Assembly (NCBI GenBank): GCA_000146045.2
Contig: BK006940.2
Span: 1-64,000 of the forward strand
DNA: 64,000 nt
Origin: TPA_inf: Saccharomyces
Lineage: Eukaryota
Reading direction: 5' to 3'
Shown here: piece after piece, positions 55,366-64,000 of the stretch
Position numbering within the stretch: position 1 is the first letter of the stretch
Layout: the number at the start of each line of letters is the position of its first letter
The notes under the pieces: model-generated
What the model was told of the DNA's origin: nothing
Seen by the model: the letters and a program-made list of their open reading frames with translations, nothing else
The model's database searches: none
Program-made: the position numbers and the translations under genes

Positions 55366-55986
55366 TCAACAGCAGCCCCCACCGGTGTTGGTTAAACTCT
55401 GTCCCTTCAGGTTGACGTTCCCTTTGTCTTCCTTCTTCTGAGTGGTTTCGTTCAGGTTTTGTTGGGACATACTTTCCTTGATTTGTCTAGCCATGGTTAA
55501 AAACGCATCCTCGACGTTGGTGGAGTCCAAAGCACTAGTCTCTAAGAACGGCATCTTATTCGCGTCCGCAAATTCCTTTGCCACGTCATATTCCACGACA
55601 CGCTTGTCCTTTAAATCACACTTGTTACCTACCAATAGCTTCAACACTGTTGAGGTTGCATACCGATCAATCTCTTGCAGCCACATCTTCACGCCGTTGA
55701 AGGATTCTTGGTCAGTGACATCATACACGATAATGATCCCATGCGAACCACGGTAGTAAGATGAAGTGATAGTACGGAAACGTTCTTGACCTGCAGTGTC
55801 CCAAATCTGTAGCTTTACAGTCTTGCCGTCCAGTTCTACAGTCTTAATCTTGAAGTCCACTCCAATTGTGGAGATGTAGTCGTTGGTATATGTGTCGTCC
55901 GAAAACCTCAAAAGTAAACAGGACTTCCCGACACCGGAATTCCCGATCAACAGCAGTTTGAACAGGTAATCGTACTCGCTATTCAT
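55366..55986 (-). CDS. YPT1: Rab-family GTPase (ER-to-Golgi transport), 206 aa.
   Basis: GNSGVGKS P-loop, WDTAGQE and GNKCD motifs, and a C-terminal GGCC prenylation motif. Confidence 0.96.
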   Translation of the reverse strand: MNSEYDYLFKLLLIGNSGVGKSCLLLRFSDDTYTNDYISTIGVDFKIKTVELDGKTVKLQIWDTAGQERFRTITSSYYRGSHGIIIVYDVTDQESFNGVKMWLQEIDRYATSTVLKLLVGNKCDLKDKRVVEYDVAKEFADANKMPFLETSALDSTNVEDAFLTMARQIKESMSQQNLNETTQKKEDKGNVNLKGQSLTNTGGGCC

Positions 55987-56335
55987 ATTAGTGCTTTTCT
56001 TGTTTTATTTATTTCAACCTGGGCCTAACAGTAAAGATATCCTCCTCAAAACTGGTGCACTTAATCGCTGAATTTGTTCTGGCTTCTCTTCTTTTTCTTT
56101 ATTCCCCCCATGGGCCAAAAAAAATAGTACTATCAGGAATTTGGCGCCGGGTCACGATATACGTGTACAGTGACCTAGGCGACGCCACAAGGAAAAAGGA
56201 AAAAAACAGAAAAAACAACAAAAACTAAAACAAACACGAAAACTTTAATAGATCTAAGTGAAGTAGTGGTGAGGCAATTGGAGTGACATAGCAGCTACTA
56301 CAACTACAAAAGCAAAATCTCCACAAAGTAATATA

Positions 56336-57709
56336 ATGAGAGAAATCATTCATATCTCGACAGGTCAGTGTGGTAACCAAATTGGTGCTGCATTCTGGGA
56401 AACTATCTGTGGTGAGCACGGTTTGGATTTCAATGGGACATATCACGGCCATGACGATATCCAGAAGGAGAGACTGAACGTGTACTTCAACGAGGCATCT
56501 TCTGGGAAGTGGGTTCCAAGATCTATTAACGTCGATCTAGAACCTGGGACGATTGACGCAGTACGCAATTCTGCCATCGGGAATTTGTTTAGACCTGACA
56601 ATTATATCTTTGGGCAAAGTTCTGCGGGCAACGTGTGGGCCAAGGGTCACTACACAGAAGGTGCTGAGCTTGTAGACAGCGTCATGGATGTTATTAGACG
56701 AGAGGCCGAAGGATGCGACTCCCTTCAAGGTTTCCAGATCACACATTCTCTTGGTGGTGGTACCGGTTCCGGTATGGGTACGCTTTTGATCTCGAAGATT
56801 AGGGAAGAGTTTCCTGATCGTATGATGGCCACCTTCTCCGTCTTGCCCTCTCCGAAGACTTCTGACACCGTTGTCGAACCATACAATGCCACGTTGTCTG
56901 TGCACCAATTGGTAGAACACTCTGATGAAACATTCTGTATCGATAACGAAGCACTTTATGACATCTGTCAAAGGACCTTAAAGTTGAATCAACCTTCTTA
57001 TGGAGATTTGAACAACTTGGTCTCGAGCGTCATGTCTGGTGTGACAACTTCATTGCGTTATCCCGGCCAATTGAACTCTGATTTGAGAAAGTTGGCTGTT
57101 AATCTTGTCCCATTCCCACGTTTACATTTCTTCATGGTCGGCTACGCTCCATTGACGGCAATTGGCTCTCAATCATTTAGATCTTTGACTGTCCCTGAAT
57201 TAACACAGCAAATGTTTGATGCCAAGAACATGATGGCTGCTGCCGATCCAAGAAACGGTAGATACCTTACCGTTGCAGCCTTCTTTAGAGGTAAAGTTTC
57301 CGTTAAGGAGGTGGAAGATGAAATGCATAAAGTGCAATCTAAAAACTCAGACTATTTCGTGGAATGGATCCCCAACAATGTGCAAACTGCTGTGTGTTCT
57401 GTCGCTCCTCAAGGTTTGGACATGGCTGCTACTTTCATTGCTAACTCCACATCTATTCAAGAGCTATTCAAGAGAGTTGGTGACCAATTTTCCGCTATGT
57501 TCAAAAGAAAAGCTTTCTTGCACTGGTATACTAGTGAAGGTATGGACGAATTGGAATTCTCTGAGGCTGAATCTAATATGAATGATCTGGTTAGCGAATA
57601 CCAACAATACCAAGAGGCTACTGTAGAAGATGATGAAGAAGTCGACGAAAATGGCGATTTTGGTGCTCCACAAAACCAAGATGAACCAATCACTGAGAAT
57701 TTTGAATAA
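56336..57709 (+). CDS. TUB2: Beta-tubulin, 457 aa.
   Basis: [22 protein letters not shown]..., GGGTGSG motif, and acidic C-terminal tail. Confidence 0.97.
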   Translation: MREIIHISTGQCGNQIGAAFWETICGEHGLDFNGTYHGHDDIQKERLNVYFNEASSGKWVPRSINVDLEPGTIDAVRNSAIGNLFRPDNYIFGQSSAGNVWAKGHYTEGAELVDSVMDVIRREAEGCDSLQGFQITHSLGGGTGSGMGTLLISKIREEFPDRMMATFSVLPSPKTSDTVVEPYNATLSVHQLVEHSDETFCIDNEALYDICQRTLKLNQPSYGDLNNLVSSVMSGVTTSLRYPGQLNSDLRKLAVNLVPFPRLHFFMVGYAPLTAIGSQSFRSLTVPELTQQMFDAKNMMAAADPRNGRYLTVAAFFRGKVSVKEVEDEMHKVQSKNSDYFVEWIPNNVQTAVCSVAPQGLDMAATFIANSTSIQELFKRVGDQFSAMFKRKAFLHWYTSEGMDELEFSEAESNMNDLVSEYQQYQEATVEDDEEVDENGDFGAPQNQDEPITENFE

Positions 57710-58002
57710 TTAAGTTGCTTTCCTTTCTTTTTCTTACCTTTCTTCTTCTCTAGGATTGAAGCACTTGGAGCAAAATAAACAAAAATCAAAAAAACTAATT
57801 AAATATCTTTAAAATATTACCGTACGAAAAAATTTATACCATTCCCTACTGAAGTATGTAATTCAAAATATATATATGTATATGTATATGTACATATATA
57901 TGTATATACTATCTTAACAACCTTTAACCTTCCGAGCTATTGATTTTTGATCCTCACTTCAGCGGCTAAAAAAAAAAAAAACACCCCGAGTATTAGTGAA
58001 TA

Positions 58003-58030
58003 TAGATATATATATATATATATATATATA
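58003..58030. repeat. (TA)13 microsatellite in the TUB2-RPO41 intergenic region, with a nearby (TATATG)n-like stretch at 57861-57900.
   Basis: atatatatatatatatatatatatataa is read directly from the sequence. Confidence 0.9.
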
Positions 58031-58781
58031 TAAGGAGGCCGATAAAAAAGAACTTGCAATATTACGCAGATCAGGGATTTACTAAAAGAAAAGTAATAAA
58101 GGACTGCTGCTTCCAAAGAAAGAAGATTACAACATGTTGATGATTGTGGAAGCGGTGCTTATGGTATTCTACCTGTTTCCCCAGAATTTTGTTGAGAACT
58201 AATCATGAACAAAAAACTGTGTTTTATATTGTGATTTCCATAATTCCATTACAATTTTGTACCAAGCATAGGTCTGATTATCAACAATACGCTGCTTCAG
58301 TCCTTTTATTTAGCAGTACGTTGCTTGTTATTCCTTCATCATCTAGCCGCCATAGTTGGAACCCCGCGTGAAAAATGATATACATTTCGTATTCAGTGAT
58401 CTGGGGTTGCATGAATAAAAATTCTGGGTAAATTGTGGGTGGGTACACTTTGGCAAAGGCTAACCCCGAATTTTTCATTATTTCGGTTTTTTTTCTTTTT
58501 AATTTCAAGAAAATGGAAAACTTTAAGAATAACGACGTTGATTTTAGCCTCTCCGTGAAGATATTGGTAAAAAGATAGGTGTCGTCGATTATAGCCACCA
58601 GCTTTTACAAAAGATACCACCAGCTTGTGAATAGTTTTTAAGAAAGTCGCTTTAAAAGGACTACCTACCCCAGATCAGAAACAAAAGCAGATCTCCTGTT
58701 CATATACCATTTGTATTCTGCTTCTTTACATTTTATACATTCCTTGGATCAGTTCCTCCCCCTCTTTGATATTCACTCAAT

Positions 58782-61700
58782 ATGCTGAGACCGGCCTATA
58801 AATCGCTCGTGAAAACATCCCTGTTACAAAGACGGTTAATATCTTCAAAGGGATCTAAGCTGTTTAAACCATCTCCGGACTCAACAAGTACAATATTAAT
58901 ATCTGAAGACCCCCTTGTAACAGGCTCGTCCCCAACCTCATCTACAACATCAGGTATAATAAGTTCAAATGATTTCCCTTTGTTCAACAAAAATAGGAAA
59001 GACGCCAAGAGCAGCATATCCTACCAATGGAAAAATCCTTCAGAATTAGAGTTTGACCCTTTCAATAAATCGCATGCCTCAGCAGTAACCTCGATGACAA
59101 GAACTAGAGACGTTATGCAATTATGGTCTCTGTTAGAAGCATGCTTGCAATCGAATCTAATGAAAAGAGCGTTCTCTATATTGGAGTCACTGTACCTGGT
59201 ACCTGAACATAAGCAGCGATTTATCGAGGATTATAACATGTACTTGAATTCATTTTCCAAAAATGACCCTAATTTCCCTATTTTAAAAATGAACGAAAAA
59301 TTAACAAATGATTTGGAGACAAGTTTTAAAGACGTTAATTATAATGACAAAACTTTGGCAATAATGATTCATCACGCTTTGAACTTCCATTCAACGACAA
59401 GCTCGATGCTTTTGAAGCCTATAATCTCTGCCTACTTGAAAATGAGCGTGAATGGTATTAGGGAAATTTTCTCCTGCCTAGATATTTTGACCATTTCAGA
59501 TCTGAATATTTTAATGAATGACTTAAAGGTTATAACACCATCGCAACTGCCAAATTCTGTAAGACCAATATTAGAATCACTTACGCTATCTCCTACACCT
59601 GTAAATAATATTGAAAATGAGGAGGGTTTGAACAAAGTGGAAGCTGAGAACGATTCAAAATTGCATAAAGCATCAAATGCAAGCTCTGATTCTATAAAAA
59701 AACCTTCCTTGGATCCTCTTCGGGAAGTTTCATTCCACGGTTCAACAGAAGTCTTGTCAAAAGACGCTGAAAAGCTTATAGCTGTAGACACTATTGGAAT
59801 GAGAGTAATCCGGCATACTTTGCTGGGATTATCATTAACGCCGGAACAGAAAGAGCAAATTTCTAAATTCAAATTTGATGCCAATGATAATGTTTTGAAA
59901 ATGAAACCTACGAAAAACGACGATAATAATAATTCTATAAATTTTTTTGAAATTTACAATTCACTGCCAACATTAGAGGAAAAGAAGGCATTCGAAAGCG
60001 CATTAAATATATTTAACCAAGATAGACAAAAGGTACTTGAAAACCGTGCAACGGAAGCCGCAAGAGAGCGTTGGAAGCACGATTTTGAAGAGGCAAAAGC
60101 TAGAGGTGACATTTCAATTGAAAAGAATTTAAACGTTAAGTTGTGGAAATGGTATAATGAAATGTTACCTCTAGTGAAGGAAGAAATTAATCATTGTAGG
60201 TCATTATTGTCAGAAAAGCTATCAGATAAGAAAGGCTTGAATAAAGTTGACACGAACCGTCTTGGATATGGACCATACTTAACCTTGATTGACCCTGGTA
60301 AAATGTGTGTCATCACCATTTTGGAACTATTAAAGTTAAATTCTACGGGTGGTGTTATTGAAGGTATGAGGACCGCAAGAGCGGTTATATCAGTGGGTAA
60401 AGCTATTGAAATGGAATTTAGATCCGAGCAGGTTTTGAAAAGCGAATCTCAAGCGTTCAGAGATGTTAACAAGAAATCACCAGAATTCAAAAAACTGGTA
60501 CAAAATGCTAAATCTGTATTCAGATCATCTCAAATTGAGCAGTCGAAAATTTTGTGGCCTCAGAGTATTAGGGCCAGAATCGGTTCGGTATTAATCTCAA
60601 TGTTGATTCAAGTCGCTAAGGTATCTGTGCAAGGTGTTGACCCTGTGACAAAAGCTAAGGTTCACGGTGAAGCTCCAGCTTTTGCGCATGGTTATCAGTA
60701 CCACAATGGTTCCAAATTGGGTGTCTTGAAGATTCACAAGACTTTGATTCGTCAATTGAACGGTGAAAGATTGATTGCCTCTGTCCAACCACAATTATTA
60801 CCAATGTTGGTGGAACCCAAACCCTGGGTTAATTGGAGATCAGGTGGATATCATTATACACAATCTACCCTTTTAAGAACAAAAGACTCACCCGAACAAG
60901 TAGCATATTTGAAAGCTGCTTCCGATAATGGTGATATAGACCGCGTTTATGATGGTTTGAATGTTCTGGGTAGAACACCGTGGACTGTCAACAGAAAAGT
61001 TTTTGATGTGGTTTCACAAGTTTGGAATAAAGGTGAAGGTTTCCTAGATATTCCAGGTGCACAAGACGAAATGGTTTTACCACCAGCTCCTCCGAAGAAC
61101 TCCGACCCTTCCATTTTGAGAGCCTGGAAACTTCAAGTCAAAACAATTGCTAATAAATTCTCTTCAGATAGATCAAATAGATGTGATACGAACTACAAAT
61201 TGGAAATTGCAAGAGCATTTTTGGGTGAAAAGCTGTACTTTCCACATAATTTGGACTTTAGGGGACGTGCTTATCCTTTGTCTCCACATTTCAATCATCT
61301 TGGTAATGATATGAGTCGTGGCCTTTTGATTTTTTGGCACGGTAAAAAATTAGGACCTTCTGGTCTCAAGTGGTTAAAGATTCATTTGTCAAATCTGTTC
61401 GGATTTGATAAGTTACCCCTAAAGGATCGTGTTGCATTTACTGAGTCTCATTTGCAGGACATCAAGGATTCTGCGGAAAATCCCTTAACGGGAGATCGTT
61501 GGTGGACTACTGCTGATAAGCCATGGCAAGCATTGGCCACATGCTTTGAATTGAATGAAGTTATGAAAATGGATAATCCAGAGGAGTTTATCTCTCATCA
61601 ACCGGTTCACCAAGACGGTACTTGCAATGGTTTGCAACATTATGCTGCCTTGGGTGGTGACGTTGAAGGGGCTACTCAAGTGAATCTGGTTCCAAGCGAT

Positions 61701-62837
61701 AAACCACAAGATGTTTATGCTCATGTTGCAAGGTTGGTGCAAAAAAGATTAGAAATTGCAGCAGAAAAAGGAGACGAAAACGCCAAAATTTTGAAGGATA
61801 AGATTACCAGAAAGGTTGTCAAGCAAACCGTCATGACAAACGTTTATGGTGTTACCTACGTCGGGGCTACTTTTCAAATTGCTAAACAATTAAGCCCAAT
61901 ATTTGATGATCGTAAAGAAAGCTTAGACTTTTCTAAATACCTAACCAAACATGTTTTTAGTGCTATCCGCGAGTTATTTCATAGTGCGCATTTAATTCAG
62001 GATTGGTTAGGTGAAAGTGCGAAAAGAATTTCCAAATCTATCAGGTTGGATGTTGATGAAAAATCGTTCAAGAACGGTAATAAACCCGACTTTATGTCAT
62101 CCGTCATATGGACGACACCACTAGGACTACCAATTGTTCAGCCATATCGTGAAGAAAGCAAAAAGCAAGTTGAGACCAATTTGCAAACTGTCTTTATTAG
62201 CGATCCTTTCGCTGTCAACCCTGTTAATGCAAGAAGGCAAAAGGCAGGTCTTCCACCGAACTTCATCCATTCGCTGGATGCTTCACATATGTTGCTAAGT
62301 GCAGCAGAATGTGGAAAGCAAGGATTAGATTTCGCATCAGTTCATGATTCTTACTGGACGCATGCATCTGATATAGACACTATGAATGTGGTGTTAAGGG
62401 AACAGTTTATCAAACTCCATGAGGTAGATCTGGTTTTAAGATTGAAGGAGGAGTTTGACCAAAGGTATAAGAATTACGTCAAGATTGGAAAGTTGAAGAG
62501 ATCTACGGATTTGGCTCAAAAGATTATTAGAATCCGTAAAGATTTATCCAGAAAATTAGGAAGAAGTACTACATTAGCAGATGAAATTTATTTTGAGAAA
62601 AAAAGGCAAGAATTATTAAACAGCCCTCTAATAGAAGATAGAAATGTTGGTGAAAAGATGGTTACAACTGTATCATTATTTGAAGACATCACTGACTTGG
62701 ACGCACTTGAACTAGAAAACGGTGGAGATGAAAATAGCGGTATGAGTGTTCTTTTACCGTTGAGATTACCTGAAATCCCACCTAAAGGTGATTTTGATGT
62801 TACAGTATTGAGAAACAGTCAATATTTTTTCTCGTGA
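58782..62837 (+). CDS. RPO41: Mitochondrial DNA-directed RNA polymerase (T7-phage-like single-subunit RNAP), 1351 aa.
   Basis: N-terminal mitochondrial presequence region. The C-terminal half carries T7-like RNAP motifs ([30 protein letters not shown]). Confidence 0.95.
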
Positions 62838-63015
62838 GCCGTGAACTACAAACTAAAATTTATTTGTGTTATTTTTATTTAACTTGTACATATATATATA
62901 TATACATACTTAGCGTTTATCGTTTGCATTATTTTTCATTCTTTTTAATTGTTTATATTAAGTGTCTAAAATAGGAGTGACCCATGGTAACTAATAATAA
63001 TAATTGTGTTCACCT

Positions 63016-63993
63016 CTAATTATAAATAATTTTGCCCTGTTTTTCAAAGCTTTCAATTAACGGTAGCAGCGGAGCCATTTCCTTTCTGTCAATGATCTTA
63101 AACTCCTTTGCAAAACTAATGAAATGAGAGAAAAATGAATTCCAATGAGCTTCTAATGACAAGTGCACAATTTTGTCAAAGTGGTGGTGATAAATATGTG
63201 CGAATATCCTGAACATCTGTACCATGATTCTCTGCACATCTCTCGAAAATTGCTGCGGGAATGGTAGCCCATTTTTGGTCGGAAACAAGTTTTTATCGTT
63301 CACTTTGTTATTTATCCACGTGAGGGCCAAATCTATGTACTGACTAGCTGGCAGTGAAACCTGTCTATTGTTTGCGTCCAGCCATAAATAATCCGTGTGA
63401 GGGCCAGCGTTCATTGTTGGATACGCGTCAGGCGTTACGTACTCCGCTACTACTCCGTAAAATTGGTTCAAGTTTGTGAAGAATTCGAAAACGTTCAACG
63501 CTATCCACTCTCCCAGGTCCACATATTTGGGCAATTGTACTATTGTTTTAAATGAACCTTTCACTAAAGCAGTTCTTACGAACGGTTCGCTGAGAAACAT
63601 TATCTGTTGTGATTCTGATCTCTCACTAGCTTCTTGCTGTTGAGACTGTGGTGTGGTAGATGTCAATTGCTGTGATTGCGGCGTAGACTTTTGTGCGGGG
63701 AAACTTGTTTGAGAATGCCTCTTAGGCGAATGATGTTTATTTCTTAACGATAATCTGGAATTGCTGCTGTGGGGGCTTGAATAAATGGTGTTCATTGCTG
63801 GCGGCTGAGCAACATTAAGGGGCTGGTTTTTATTTTTCTTTGAGTTTCTTCCGAATGCTCTGTTTTGCAAAGTATACACGTAGGATCAAATGATTTGATT
63901 AGGTGTGTTGGCTAGTTAGTAAAATGATAACGCAGGTCCAGAAGAAAATAAAACGACAACAGTGTGAACATACTTGAAGTTGAAGAAGGACAT
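63016..63993 (-). CDS. MOB2: Mob1/phocein-family kinase activator (Cbk1 partner). Two exons: exon 1 at 63974..63993 (20 nt, ATGTCCTTCTTCAACTTCAA) and exon 2 at 63016..63859, with the intron at 63860..63973.
   Basis: Exon 2 encodes ...AFGRNSKKNKNQPL... through the Mob domain (HWNSFFSHFISFAKEFKIIDRKEMAPLLPLIESFEKQGKIIYN). The 5' splice site GTATGT is at plus-strand 63968-63973, the branchpoint TACTAAC at plus-strand gttagta 63915-63921, and the 3' splice site ...aaaacag before AGCATTCGG. Confidence 0.85.
63860..63973 (-). other. MOB2: MOB2 spliceosomal intron, 114 nt.
   Basis: GTATGT ... TACTAAC ... CAG. The exon 1 plus exon 2 junction restores the frame as MSFFNFK|AFGRNSKK. Confidence 0.8.
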
Positions 63994-64000
63994 GATGTGC

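Noticed and set aside
1-64000. Search for tRNA genes, Ty LTRs (delta/sigma/tau: TGTTGGAATA... or TGTTGTATCTC... termini), rDNA or CRISPR-like arrays.
   Set aside because: No box A/box B tRNA-like segments (GGTTCGAATCC/GTTCGATTC) or LTR termini were found by eye. CRISPR arrays are not expected in a yeast nuclear genome, and the only regular tandem arrays are the Y' 36-bp repeats and telomeric repeats.

Overview
This window reads as the left end of Saccharomyces cerevisiae chromosome VI, about 64 kb running from the cloned chromosome end into the arm. I identified it by recall of the gene order and by protein-level reading of the ORF track, not by any database search.

The sequence starts at a GATC site inside a truncated, internally deleted Y' subtelomeric element. 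Its Y'-Help1/YRF1-like helicase gene is broken into at least four frame-disrupted pieces on the minus strand and contains the characteristic 36-bp (12-aa) tandem repeats. Behind the Y' lie an internal C1-3A telomeric tract (about 4685-4823), then the X element with its combinatorial repeats, TTAGGG motifs, an Abf1 consensus and ACS-like AT-rich core (to about 5530).

Centromere-proximal of that is a typical subtelomeric gene neighbourhood: COS4 (DUP380 family), the duplicated DDI2 / SNO3 / SNZ3 / THI5 / AAD block with a frame-split aryl-alcohol dehydrogenase (AAD16+AAD6), AGP3, the aquaglyceroporin YFL054C, DAK2, the Zn2Cys6 factor YFL052W and a truncated FLO-like lectin-domain fragment (YFL051C).

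The window then moves into conserved housekeeping genes: ALR2, SWP82, EMP47, RGD2, FMP32, SEC53, OTU1, LAM5, FET5, the transporter-like YFL040W, ACT1 (10-nt first exon plus 309-nt intron), YPT1, TUB2, RPO41 and MOB2 (20-nt first exon plus intron).

No tRNA, rRNA, Ty LTR or CRISPR-like structure was seen. The most interesting things beyond standard annotation are gene relics: a decayed sorbitol/xylitol-dehydrogenase (SOR-like) pseudogene at about 48.04-48.93 kb, whose C-terminal remnant coincides with the small ORF YFL041W-A; a possible VOC/glyoxalase-fold relic at 8.84-9.18 kb with no in-frame ATG; the fragmented Y' helicase; and two unusually long ORF-free intergenic regions (25.2-28.2 kb and 30.6-33.3 kb), the second expected to hold the weak origins ARS601/602.

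I do not see evidence for a novel multi-gene system here. This is a well-studied eukaryotic chromosome arm, and the candidates are relics of subtelomeric gene-family turnover.
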